Position numbers and translations under genes: made by a program. The notes under the pieces were generated by a model. The model had not been told where the DNA came from, did no database searches, and saw nothing but the letters and a program-made list of their open reading frames with translations. 64,000 nt of DNA, taken from NCBI GenBank assembly GCA_002399785.1, contig DHEH01000010.1, forward strand, positions 68,106 to 132,105, in the 5' to 3' direction. The stretch is from Bacillales bacterium UBA4855. Its GTDB lineage: Bacteria > Bacillota_I > Bacilli_A > RFN20 > CAG-826. The stretch's first letter is position 1. Every line of letters starts with the position of its first letter. Below are positions 43,863-53,729 of the stretch, one piece after another.

Positions 43863-46580
43863 ATGGCAAAAAAGAAAATTGCGGTAGAAGAGTTACCTAC
43901 AAAAGAAAATATATCCATTGAAGCAATGGATAACATTATGGGCGATAGATACGCTGTTTATGCCAAATATGTTATTCAAGATAGAGCTATACCTGATGCT
44001 CGCGATGGTTTAAAACCAGTTCAAAGAAGAATTATTTATAGCATGTTCAAAAATGGAAATACCTATGATAAGCCAACAAAAAAATGCGCAAAGATTGTTG
44101 GTGATGTTATGGGAAGATTTCACCCACATGGCGACTCATCAATTTATGATGCTCTTGTTAGACTAAGTCAACCATGGAAAATGTCTTCTCCATTAATTCA
44201 ATTTCAAGGAAATAACGGAAGCATTGATAACGATCCAGCGGCTGCATACCGTTATACAGAAGCAAAATTAAATGAATTTAGCCAATTTTTAACTCAAGAT
44301 ATTGATAAAAATACAGTTGATATGGCTTTAAATTTTGATGATACCGAACTAGAGCCTGTTGTTTTACCAAGTAGATATCCAAATTTATATGTTAATGGTA
44401 GTGAAGGTATTGCTGTTGCTATCGCTACAGATATTCCACCCCACAATTTAATTGAAATGTGCAATGCAACAATTTATAGAATGAATCATCCTAAATGCTC
44501 TTTAGATGACCTTCTAGAATTTGTTAAAGGGCCAGACTTTCCAACTGGAGGAATAATTTTTAAATCCGAAGGAATTAAAAATATTTACGAAACAGGTAAA
44601 GGTAAAATAGAACTAGCAAGTAAAGTTCAAATTATAGAAAACAACGATTATAACGAATTATTAATCACAGAAATTCCTTATGGCGTTGTTAAACAAAATT
44701 TAGTTTATTCAATAGATAAAATAAAGAGGTCAAAAGAAATTGATGGTTTATTAGATGTTAAAGATTTGAGTGCTGGTGATGATATAAAAATCACAGTCGA
44801 TATTAAAAAAACAATTGACCCAAAAATTATTTTGGCTTATTTAATGAACAAAACACAATTAAAAGTCAGTTATACATCAAATTGTGTTGCAATCTGCCAA
44901 AATCATCCAAGAACGATGACTCTAGAATTTTATTTAGATACATATATTGAACACCAAATTGATGTCGTATCTAGATATACTACATTCGACTTAAATAAAG
45001 CACAAAATCGTTTACATATCATTAAAGGTTTAATCAAAGCGATTAATATTATCGATGAAGTCGTCAAAATTATTCGTGGAAGTAAAGACAAAGGAGATTC
45101 AAAACATAATTTAATTAATGCTTATAGTTTTTCTGAAACCCAAGCTGAAGCTATTGTTATGATGCCTTTATATAAATTAAGCAATACTGATGTAAATATT
45201 TACATTAAGGAACAAGCTGATTTAGAATCTCAAATTAAAGATCTTACTGAAACATTAAATAATCCAACGAAATTAAAACGTATAATTATTGATGAATTAC
45301 ATGATATAACGAAAAAATACGGAGTTCCAAGAAGATCGGTCATTGTTGATGAGTCACCAAAGATTGAGATTGATAAAAGAGATTTAATAATTAAAGAAGA
45401 CGTGTACGTTGTTGTTACCAGTGATGGATACATAAAACGTTCATCAATTAAATCATACAATGCAAGTGATAATTCACTCCCTGGTGTTAAAGTTGGGGAT
45501 TGTGTTGTAATGAGCCAACTTTGCAATACTTTTGATTATTTATTATGTTTTACAGATAAAGGAAATTATTTCTGCCTTTGTGTTGACCAAATTCAAGAAG
45601 GAAAGTGGAAAGATGAAGGAAAACATATTAATTATGTCTGTAATTTGCCACTTGATGAATCAATAATCAAATGCATATTAGTAAAAGATTTTAACAAAAA
45701 AGTTAATGTTGTTTTAGTTAGTGCTAATGGACAAATCAAAAAAACCAAACTTAATGATTTTTATATGGATAGATGCACAAAACCAAATCAATGTATGCGT
45801 TTATTAAATGATGACACTGTTGTTGATGCTTGTATTTCTAATGGCGATAATAATTTAATGATTATTACAAAGAAAGGTTACTCAACATATTTTAGTGAAT
45901 CAGAAGTAACTTCTACTGGATTAAAATCTTCCGGTGTTAAGGCTATTTCTACGCTTAGAGATAGTCAAGTTGCTGTACTTTTAACATATAGAAAAGATGA
46001 AAAAGGAAAGATCATTATAATTACCAAAGAAGGTTGTTCAAGAATTTACGATATAAGTTACAATGAATTAACAAATAGATTAGGTAAGAACTTTGCTGTT
46101 TTTAAATCTTTTAAATCATCACCTCACAAACTTGTTTATTGCAATAAGATTATTGATAAAAATGAACCAATGATGCTCAACGCTTTAATGGATGATGATA
46201 GTGTGATTTCACTAAATATCAATGATTTCCATCTTACCCCCTTAGAGTCTTATTGTAAGAAAAATTTAGATTTTTCAGATAAACTAACCATCAAAAAGAT
46301 TTACTTTAATACTATTCAAACTGTTGATCAGGATACAATTGAAGAAAACACTCACGAAAACTTTAAACCAACAGATTTTTTCGGAAGAAAAGAAGAAAAA
46401 CCTGTAGCAAAAGTGGAGGAACAAACTGAAAAAGTGAGCATTTTTGAAAAACTTGGAATGGAAAAGAAACAAAAAATTAACGATTCTTTAATAAATAAAG
46501 ATAAAAAGAATGATGAAAAAAAAGATGACAAAAATTCAAATTATGAACAAATTTCTATATTTGATGATATGGGCGATTAA
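43863..46580 (+). CDS. parC: DNA topoisomerase IV subunit A
   Basis: Active-site Tyr region (AAAYRYTEAKL); 905 aa with a long low-complexity K/D/E-rich C-terminal tail. Confidence 0.8.
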   Translation: MAKKKIAVEELPTKENISIEAMDNIMGDRYAVYAKYVIQDRAIPDARDGLKPVQRRIIYSMFKNGNTYDKPTKKCAKIVGDVMGRFHPHGDSSIYDALVRLSQPWKMSSPLIQFQGNNGSIDNDPAAAYRYTEAKLNEFSQFLTQDIDKNTVDMALNFDDTELEPVVLPSRYPNLYVNGSEGIAVAIATDIPPHNLIEMCNATIYRMNHPKCSLDDLLEFVKGPDFPTGGIIFKSEGIKNIYETGKGKIELASKVQIIENNDYNELLITEIPYGVVKQNLVYSIDKIKRSKEIDGLLDVKDLSAGDDIKITVDIKKTIDPKIILAYLMNKTQLKVSYTSNCVAICQNHPRTMTLEFYLDTYIEHQIDVVSRYTTFDLNKAQNRLHIIKGLIKAINIIDEVVKIIRGSKDKGDSKHNLINAYSFSETQAEAIVMMPLYKLSNTDVNIYIKEQADLESQIKDLTETLNNPTKLKRIIIDELHDITKKYGVPRRSVIVDESPKIEIDKRDLIIKEDVYVVVTSDGYIKRSSIKSYNASDNSLPGVKVGDCVVMSQLCNTFDYLLCFTDKGNYFCLCVDQIQEGKWKDEGKHINYVCNLPLDESIIKCILVKDFNKKVNVVLVSANGQIKKTKLNDFYMDRCTKPNQCMRLLNDDTVVDACISNGDNNLMIITKKGYSTYFSESEVTSTGLKSSGVKAISTLRDSQVAVLLTYRKDEKGKIIIITKEGCSRIYDISYNELTNRLGKNFAVFKSFKSSPHKLVYCNKIIDKNEPMMLNALMDDDSVISLNINDFHLTPLESYCKKNLDFSDKLTIKKIYFNTIQTVDQDTIEENTHENFKPTDFFGRKEEKPVAKVEEQTEKVSIFEKLGMEKKQKINDSLINKDKKNDEKKDDKNSNYEQISIFDDMGD

Positions 46581-46807
46581 TTTAAGGCTATTATTCCCAT
46601 TGCTATAAGATACATAATAAAAAATAAAGAACAAAGAATACCGGACAAATTCAAATAAAAATCACTACATTTAAAATCTGCTTTTGTCGTTAAACAAATA
46701 ATCAATCCAAAAATAAATAATGGTAGCGCAGCAAAAGATAAAGCTGTAGTTGCTGTAAACAAATAACCTATATATCCAAATTTGGTTGATAATTTTATTT
46801 CGTTCAT
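46577..46807 (-). CDS. Small hypothetical membrane protein
   Basis: 76 aa, two hydrophobic helices; weak RBS, so low confidence. Confidence 0.3.
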   Translation of the reverse strand: MNEIKLSTKFGYIGYLFTATTALSFAALPLFIFGLIICLTTKADFKCSDFYLNLSGILCSLFFIMYLIAMGIIALN

Positions 46808-46977
46808 TTTTCTATTATAAACTATTTTTTAATATAAAATCATTCATTAAAATTTAATTATCAATTGTTCTCTTAATTTCTATAATTTATTTTTTATCGA
46901 ATATATCGTGATAAAACGATATTCACTAAGCAAATATTAGTTTAATTATTCAGTTATGTTTAATATAATAAAGATAT

Positions 46978-47511
46978 ATGAAAAAATATATTCCATACGC
47001 TTATAGCGAAAGTTTGTTTGAAATTGATCCTGATTTTTTTAAAAAAATTGGTATTAAATACATTATTTGTGATTTAGATAATACTTTAGACAGCCACAAA
47101 CAAGAAATTCCAAGCGATAGAACTCGTGAATATCTTGAATTATTAAAGAAAAACAATTTAATTCCAATAGTCATTTCTAATAACACCAAAAAAAGAGTCG
47201 ACAAATATTGTGAATGTTTAAATTTGTTATATATACCGAGAGCTGGCAAACCATTTACAAAAAACACAAGAAAGTTTTTAAAGACCAACTCAATTAATCA
47301 AGACGAATGTATAATGATTGGTGATCAATTAATGACAGATATAAAATGCGCAAATAAAATTGGCATCAAATCTATATTAACTGAAAACGTAGTAAATTCC
47401 GATCAATTAGTCACAAAACGGAATAAATTATTCGATAAACCAAAAAGAAATAAATTAAAAAAGCAGAAGCTTTTAATTAATTGGAGGACAATATATGGCA
47501 GAGTTAAGTAA
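46978..47511 (+). CDS. yqeG: HAD-family phosphatase YqeG
   Basis: ICDLDNTL HAD motif I; precedes yqeH. Confidence 0.8.
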   Translation: MKKYIPYAYSESLFEIDPDFFKKIGIKYIICDLDNTLDSHKQEIPSDRTREYLELLKKNNLIPIVISNNTKKRVDKYCECLNLLYIPRAGKPFTKNTRKFLKTNSINQDECIMIGDQLMTDIKCANKIGIKSILTENVVNSDQLVTKRNKLFDKPKRNKLKKQKLLINWRTIYGRVK

Positions 47512-48634
47512 AGTTTATAGATGTTATCATTGTGGTGTTATTCTTCAAAATGATGACAATAGCAAACCTGGGTACATCGAAAAAGAAGTAATGGAGAAAT
47601 ACCCTGAAGGACTTTTATTGTGTGATAATTGTTTTAAGAATGAAAGATTTAATAGTTCCCCTAAAGAAGCTGATTTTGAAGTAAGCTACGAAAGTATTCT
47701 TGGTGAAATAAAAATTAAGAATGCTCTTGTTGTCTATGTTGTTGATGTTTTTTCATTCGAAGGTTCTTTCATTTCTAAATTAAACAAAAAGTTAGAAGGT
47801 ATCGATGTTTTTGCTGTAGCTAGCAAAAGAGATTTACTTCCTTCAGAAGCCGACAATGATATTTTGCAACATTACATCGAACATAGATTAAGAGTGTCAA
47901 AATTAACCGTTAAGGATTCGATATTAGTTTCAACAAATAGCGGTTATAACATGAATATACTTCATGAAAAACTAATTAAGTATGGAAAAAATAGAGATAT
48001 TTATTTTATTGGTGCAACTACAAGTGGTAAATCAACAATAATTGAAGATTTCCTTCGAAACTATACAAATAACACTCATAACTTAATTACAACTTACACT
48101 TTCAACGATTCAGATCTTAGAGGTTTTAGAATTCCAATAAATGATAGTCACTATATTTATGAAACTCCAGGAACAAGCATTAATAATTCAATTATATCTA
48201 AAGCTGATAAAATTTCACAAAACCAAATTATTCCTAAAAAAACTGTTAAGGCAAGAAACTTTAAATTATCACCAAATAACTCAATATTATTTGGTGGTCT
48301 AGTTGGCATTCAATTAATAAACGGCCCAAGAACGAACGTTTCCTGTTACGCAAGTAGTGAAGTTAATATAAATTTGATAAAGGGTGATTTAGAAAATTCA
48401 TTAACCAATCTATTAAAAAAGAAAAAGGTTTCGCCTATTATCGATTATATAAAATCTGCTACAGATTTTGATGCTTATGATATTCAAATTCCTGAAAAAG
48501 GAAGTAGAGATATTGGTATTTTAGGATTAGGCTGGATTAATTTCATTGGAAACAATCAATTATTTAGAGTTTTTGTCCCTAAAGGAGTTTATGTTTATAC
48601 AACAAGAGGAAAAGTTCAATATGTTAACAAGTAA
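47495..48634 (+). CDS. yqeH: Ribosome biogenesis GTPase YqeH (circularly permuted)
   Basis: N-terminal CYHCG...CDNC zinc finger; G4-G1-G3 order (ASKRD...GATTSGKST). Confidence 0.85.
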   Translation: MAELSKVYRCYHCGVILQNDDNSKPGYIEKEVMEKYPEGLLLCDNCFKNERFNSSPKEADFEVSYESILGEIKIKNALVVYVVDVFSFEGSFISKLNKKLEGIDVFAVASKRDLLPSEADNDILQHYIEHRLRVSKLTVKDSILVSTNSGYNMNILHEKLIKYGKNRDIYFIGATTSGKSTIIEDFLRNYTNNTHNLITTYTFNDSDLRGFRIPINDSHYIYETPGTSINNSIISKADKISQNQIIPKKTVKARNFKLSPNNSILFGGLVGIQLINGPRTNVSCYASSEVNINLIKGDLENSLTNLLKKKKVSPIIDYIKSATDFDAYDIQIPEKGSRDIGILGLGWINFIGNNQLFRVFVPKGVYVYTTRGKVQYVNK

Positions 48635-48929
48635 AAACAAAAGTCAATTAAGAACAATTGCACACCAAAAGAAAAATTTATTAAAATTTAACATTGGTAA
48701 ATCCGATATTGACGAAAATGTTATTAAATTATTAAATAATGCTTTAACAAAATACGAAATTATTAAAATATCTTTTTTAAATTCTTCATTTGCATCCAAA
48801 ACCAAAGAAGAAATGATTTTAGATATTCTTGGAGCAACTAAGTCAGATTTGGTCCAATCCATAGGAAAAACAATCATTATTTATAAGCAAAACTTAAAAC
48901 TTAAAGATCATATTACATTAGAAAAATAA
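48621..48929 (+). CDS. yhbY: RNA-binding protein YhbY (CRS1/CRM domain)
   Basis: LTSKNKSQLRTIAHQKK...IGKSDIDENVIKLL matches the YhbY family. The track ORF begins 25 codons upstream of this start. Confidence 0.8.
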   Translation: MLTSKNKSQLRTIAHQKKNLLKFNIGKSDIDENVIKLLNNALTKYEIIKISFLNSSFASKTKEEMILDILGATKSDLVQSIGKTIIIYKQNLKLKDHITLEK

Positions 48930-48931
48930 TC

Positions 48932-49585
48932 ATGGCTAAAAATATTTATTTTGATTCTTCTTGTTTTGTTGTTCAAAAAAATGGAAAAATTAACGCTAAA
49001 AAACGGATTAATGATATTGTTAAAAAGAATATTAGCGAGGAAAGATTTGTTCATTCGCAAAGTGTTGCTCAATTATCATACGATATCGCCGTTAAACACA
49101 ATTTGAAAGATCCGCTTAAATATTTTTTTGCCGGACTAACCCATGATATAGCTAAATTTATCGACAAAAACAAAGAAAGAGAATTAATGAATACTGTTGT
49201 CGAAAAGAAATATCAATGCGTTGATGAATACGCTTTTCACAGCTTTATAGCCCCTTTTATACTGAAAAGTGAATTTAATATTACCGATTCACAAATTTTA
49301 AATGCTGTCCGTTTCCATTGTACAGGAAAGAAAACTATGTCTACAATGGAAAAAGTTATTTATGCTTCTGATAAAATAGATCCATCTAGAGGCTATGATT
49401 CAAGCGATATGATTTATGCAATGATGAATATGTCAATAAACAAAGGTTTTGTCTATGTACTAAATAAAAATAAAGAGTTTTTAGATAATAAAAAGAATAA
49501 ATTTAATGAAAACGTTTTTAGTATTGAATGCTTCGATCATTATTTAGGAACAAACACAAGCGATGGCAAAATAATTAAACAATAA
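48932..49585 (+). CDS. yqeK: HD-domain phosphohydrolase YqeK
   Basis: H...HD (LTHDIAKF) motifs. Not preceded by nadD in this window. Confidence 0.75.
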   Translation: MAKNIYFDSSCFVVQKNGKINAKKRINDIVKKNISEERFVHSQSVAQLSYDIAVKHNLKDPLKYFFAGLTHDIAKFIDKNKERELMNTVVEKKYQCVDEYAFHSFIAPFILKSEFNITDSQILNAVRFHCTGKKTMSTMEKVIYASDKIDPSRGYDSSDMIYAMMNMSINKGFVYVLNKNKEFLDNKKNKFNENVFSIECFDHYLGTNTSDGKIIKQ

Positions 49586-49713
49586 ATTCAAATTGTTAAT
49601 GAATATCGTTATTTTAACAACTTAAATAAATGCATAAAATATTTTTTAACTCTTTTAGTGATACAATTTGCAGTCAAAATATCGACTAATAGATATAGGC
49701 GATTAATTAGAAA

Positions 49714-50979
49714 TTAAAAAGTAATACCAGTTGAATCGATACTAAAACTCGTAGAAACAATTGGTAAAATCTTTATTCCTAGAGTTTTTGTTTCTGAATC
49801 AACATTATATTTATTCATATTTACAGTTAAAGAATCGAAAGTGGAATATATGTCATAAAATGACAATATGTCAGTTCCGTTATGAGCTGTGTCTTCATCA
49901 TCTATAAACGCACTATATTTAAATATAAAATTTGCACTTTTTTCATCATATGACAAACCATCATACCAACTTTGAAAATCTTTTTTAAAAGAATCTATAT
50001 TAAAAACTGTCCCATTTACAATATATTTTGAATAAATGTTTGTTAAATCGTATTCTTTATTAAAATAATATGTTCCAAAAACTTTTTGGCCACCAACTAA
50101 TTTTTCACCTTTATAAGATAAATCTTTAAAAATGAAAGAATAAGTAGGGTTATAGTCTTTATTGATAGTGTAATCGGAATAAGTATTGCTGTTTGATATG
50201 CTAATTTTAGTATTATGTGTAATGGTGGCAATCTTTGTTGAAATTGCCTCTGTATAATTCTCGCTAATAACTTGATTTAATACTAATTCGCTTGATAAAA
50301 GTTTCTTTTCGCAATCAATTGATGCAGTAGCGAACATGGAATTATCATAATTAGATATGCCTTTTAATATCATCTGCTCACCAAAATATTTTGTTCTCTT
50401 AATATTGCACGATAAATCCTTATTATCAACTAATGTTAAATAATCTAATACGTTTTTATTGATTGCCCAATCAGAATCTTTATTTTTCCAATAAATTTGC
50501 CATTTAACACCCGTATCAGCATAATATGAAGGGGTAATAGTGGCTGATATTTTATATTCGTCAGCACTGATTCTTGCCATTTTAACGGACATAAGTGATA
50601 GGTCGCTAGGTAACAAATTTAAATTATTATCTTCTCCATCGATAATAGTAAGCTTTGCTTCGCATTTTTTCACAACATCGTTGTATTTAAAATCAATAAA
50701 ATAAGTGTAAACATCAACTTTTACACACTCAGCGACAATTTGGTTCTTTGAATTTCTTATTGTATGTGATTCTTTCATTTGATCCGGCATATCGATGTCT
50801 AGTTTATGTGGTATTCCATCATAAACAACTTCTTTATCTTTGACAGTGATTTTTTCAAATAAGTTGTTTGATGAATTGTGACCAAGACCATAACCAACAA
50901 AAACCGCACCAGCCGTAAGAGCACCAAGCAAAACTGATGCTGTAGCAACAACAATAAAAACTTTACTTTTTTTCTTCAT
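49714..50979 (-). CDS. Hypothetical surface-anchored protein (N-terminal signal anchor, large extracellular domain)
   Basis: 421 aa; N-terminal hydrophobic helix, the rest Ser/Thr/Asn/Tyr-rich with no recognisable motif. Confidence 0.5.
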   Translation of the reverse strand: MKKKSKVFIVVATASVLLGALTAGAVFVGYGLGHNSSNNLFEKITVKDKEVVYDGIPHKLDIDMPDQMKESHTIRNSKNQIVAECVKVDVYTYFIDFKYNDVVKKCEAKLTIIDGEDNNLNLLPSDLSLMSVKMARISADEYKISATITPSYYADTGVKWQIYWKNKDSDWAINKNVLDYLTLVDNKDLSCNIKRTKYFGEQMILKGISNYDNSMFATASIDCEKKLLSSELVLNQVISENYTEAISTKIATITHNTKISISNSNTYSDYTINKDYNPTYSFIFKDLSYKGEKLVGGQKVFGTYYFNKEYDLTNIYSKYIVNGTVFNIDSFKKDFQSWYDGLSYDEKSANFIFKYSAFIDDEDTAHNGTDILSFYDIYSTFDSLTVNMNKYNVDSETKTLGIKILPIVSTSFSIDSTGITF

Positions 50980-51254
50980 TTATTTTCTCCTTTTATGATT
51001 TGCTTATAAAAAAGCAGTGTTAATTCAACAAAATGCTTTAATAGTTATTTTTAGTAAATTAGTGTATCAAATTATCGTTTTTAAATTACTTCGGATAATA
51101 TCTATTATGTAAATAAAAAGTATTTAAACATTCGAATATATCGATATATTTTGTGCAACAAACAAAAATTTAACGAAATTATTAGTTATATTTAATCGTA
51201 GTTATCCACATTTTTATGATATTAAAATATTACTAATTAACTACTAATTTAATA

Positions 51255-51842
51255 CTAACATACCTTAACTACAGTACATTTAAATTGGTAATCCATAATT
51301 TTGTTTAATAATTTAATGTAAAAAGACATCACATCAAAAACAACATCATTAAAGACATGCGCAACTTCTTTTTGTTGAATTCCAGGAATTAAAAAGCGTT
51401 TTTTCTGGATAAAACGAATTTCTTGAATTGCAGCAATATATTCAGAATTGCCAAAATTAGGAATCAAACCTATGTTTAAGCCTTCTTTTAAGCAAACTTC
51501 ATTCTTTACCTTATATATTGGACAAATAATTGCTAAAGGCTGCCATTTATTTGACATTTCAAGAACTATACATAAACCTTTAATAATTGATCCATCTGAA
51601 TTTGCGGCTTTTGCGTATTCATGAATTGAACCCTGACTTAAATTTATGTCATGTGATTTAGAGAAAGAACTAGATAGATTTTCTCGAGCATTTTCCATCC
51701 AAGTTAATTGTGATTGCAATGAACTATTCTTTTCAAAATCAATGACATAAACGGGCTCTTTTAACGAATTTGCATCTTTATCCATAATAAAATACCTAGA
51801 ATAATTTAAACCTTCGTGCACAGAAAATTTAAATTTATTCAT
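51255..51842 (-). CDS. Hypothetical protein with a possible MazF/PemK(Kid)-fold C-terminal domain
   Basis: 195 aa. By-eye alignment to the MazF/PemK pattern: PVYVIDFEKN..., CIVLEMS, LAIICPIYK, AAIQEIRFIQKKRF. No upstream antitoxin ORF. Confidence 0.3.
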   Translation of the reverse strand: MNKFKFSVHEGLNYSRYFIMDKDANSLKEPVYVIDFEKNSSLQSQLTWMENARENLSSSFSKSHDINLSQGSIHEYAKAANSDGSIIKGLCIVLEMSNKWQPLAIICPIYKVKNEVCLKEGLNIGLIPNFGNSEYIAAIQEIRFIQKKRFLIPGIQQKEVAHVFNDVVFDVMSFYIKLLNKIMDYQFKCTVVKVC

Positions 51843-51890
51843 TCCTTTACATACAAGATGTCTATAAAGTCTAAAAATTAAGAAGAAAAT

Positions 51891-52670
51891 TTAATTTATT
51901 TTTTCTTTAATGCGTTTTCTTAATAAAAACAATAATAAATCTATAATTCCGTAAACAAAAATGACAATTATTACATATGAGTAAATATCTATAAAATTAA
52001 AAGTTATACTTTGTGCTTCATATATTAAATAGCCTAATCCCCTAATAGAACCATAACCAATAAGTATTTCTGACATTATTTCCACTTTTAAACCCAATCC
52101 TATCGATTGAATGAGACCCAAATTAATATAAGGAAAAGACATTGGTAACAAAACCTTTAGAAACACTTTTGGTCTATAAAACCCTTCCATTTTACAAGAT
52201 TCTATTATGTATTTGTCGATATTTATAAAACCATTTAATGTTGACTCATACATAATAGGAAAAATTACCAAAAATACGATAATTAAATAAGAAGCAAAAC
52301 CTTTAGAAAACAATATTAATAATATTACTACACAAACAGTTGGTATTATCTTAAAAAAACTAACAAAAGGTCTTAAAAAATTCCTTAACAGTTCAATATA
52401 AAACGATAAAACACCAAAAACAAACCCAAAAATTAGAGAAAATATAATTGCTAGCAAGGCCATCCCTAAAGTAGTTAATGTAGATAAATAGATGCTTTTT
52501 TGAGTTAAAAGTAATCCTAAATTAGCAAATGTATCAATAACATTAGGAAAAACATAAGGAGAATTATAAGATCTACTTGCAACATCCCAAACAAGAAATA
52601 AAAAAACAATTCCTAAAATCACAAATAGAATATTTATTAAGCTTTTGTGATTTTTATAGAATTGTTTCAT
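51891..52670 (-). CDS. ABC transporter permease (NitT/TauT-type, ThiX/SsuC-like)
   Basis: 259 aa, 6 TM helices; EAA-like loop (YESTLNG...). Paired with the adjacent substrate-binding protein gene. Confidence 0.75.
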   Translation of the reverse strand: MKQFYKNHKSLINILFVILGIVFLFLVWDVASRSYNSPYVFPNVIDTFANLGLLLTQKSIYLSTLTTLGMALLAIIFSLIFGFVFGVLSFYIELLRNFLRPFVSFFKIIPTVCVVILLILFSKGFASYLIIVFLVIFPIMYESTLNGFINIDKYIIESCKMEGFYRPKVFLKVLLPMSFPYINLGLIQSIGLGLKVEIMSEILIGYGSIRGLGYLIYEAQSITFNFIDIYSYVIIVIFVYGIIDLLLFLLRKRIKEKIN

Positions 52671-52682
52671 ATTAAATTAATT

Positions 52683-53708
52683 TTATATATGATTCGCCGA
52701 AGCGCTTCCAATTTCAATTAAAAACTCATTAATTTTGGTAGTATTAATAGCTTTATCCCCTCCGATTAATCCTTTAGGATCGCTAATCCCAAACAAATTA
52801 GAACTATTTTTTTGTAAAGGATCAATTAAAGAAGAATTGAAACCAAATTTTTTAGTAAAATCATCAGAAGTCATTTTGCTATTTGTAATATCTTCAATTA
52901 CTTTTGTTGGATTATTAATAGCATTAGTCATATCTTTTTTTACTTGAACCATAAAATTATTAACATTTGTTAAACTACTTTCATAATAAGAATTTTTAAC
53001 AAATAAGCCACCTTGTGGAATAAAATCAAATTTTCCATCAGTTTTTTCTTTTATCCAAGTTGTACAATTTTTATAATCTTTAACTTTATTGTTTTTATTT
53101 AACACATTTTGAAGAGCAGGCTCCGCAATTAAAGCCCAATAAGACGTATATTCACCATCAGGTCCAGCAATTAACTTTTGAGCAACTGCACTTACGCCAG
53201 TTTCTAAATAATTAATAGTCGATCCAGATTCGTATGCTTCAGGAACTAAAAACTTCATGATTTCATCAGTCATCAATCCTTTTCCGAAAGAAACAAAATG
53301 ATCACCAATAGCAGGGACCGCATCTACTTCTTGATTAAAACCCACAAGATGATAATTTCCGCTAGTCAAGAGACCAAGAAAAGTATATTTAGCCTTATTA
53401 GCCTTAACTAATTTCAAAGCATTCACAGCATCAAATACGACGTAATTATAAAATGAATTTGTATCTAGTAATTGAGCTGGAATATCAGCAGGCGTCGTTG
53501 TTGTAAGCGAACTCGTCGTTAAAACTTTACTATATACAGCTAAATTTGGTGCACCAGCAGGAGATAGCATCATTGAATCTTTGTCTAAATAATCAATGCT
53601 GTCTTCATTGTTATCATCATCGTTATTAGCAGCTGAATTACAACTTGCCAAAGAGACAATAGATGTAACGACTGCCAAAAAACCTAATAATTTATAACTT
53701 TTTTTCAT
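52683..53708 (-). CDS. ABC transporter substrate-binding lipoprotein (NMT1/THI5-like)
   Basis: Lipobox LASC after the signal peptide, then an Asn/Asp-rich linker. Confidence 0.7.
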   Translation of the reverse strand: MKKSYKLLGFLAVVTSIVSLASCNSAANNDDDNNEDSIDYLDKDSMMLSPAGAPNLAVYSKVLTTSSLTTTTPADIPAQLLDTNSFYNYVVFDAVNALKLVKANKAKYTFLGLLTSGNYHLVGFNQEVDAVPAIGDHFVSFGKGLMTDEIMKFLVPEAYESGSTINYLETGVSAVAQKLIAGPDGEYTSYWALIAEPALQNVLNKNNKVKDYKNCTTWIKEKTDGKFDFIPQGGLFVKNSYYESSLTNVNNFMVQVKKDMTNAINNPTKVIEDITNSKMTSDDFTKKFGFNSSLIDPLQKNSSNLFGISDPKGLIGGDKAINTTKINEFLIEIGSASANHI

Positions 53709-53729
53709 AATGGCAAATCTCTTTAATTC

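Noticed and set aside
40933-51212. Chromosomal replication origin (oriC) suggested by perfect DnaA boxes.
   Set aside because: Only isolated boxes, no box cluster, no AT-rich unwinding region, and no dnaA/dnaN/gyrB context. parE-parC here are the topo IV paralogs by synteny.
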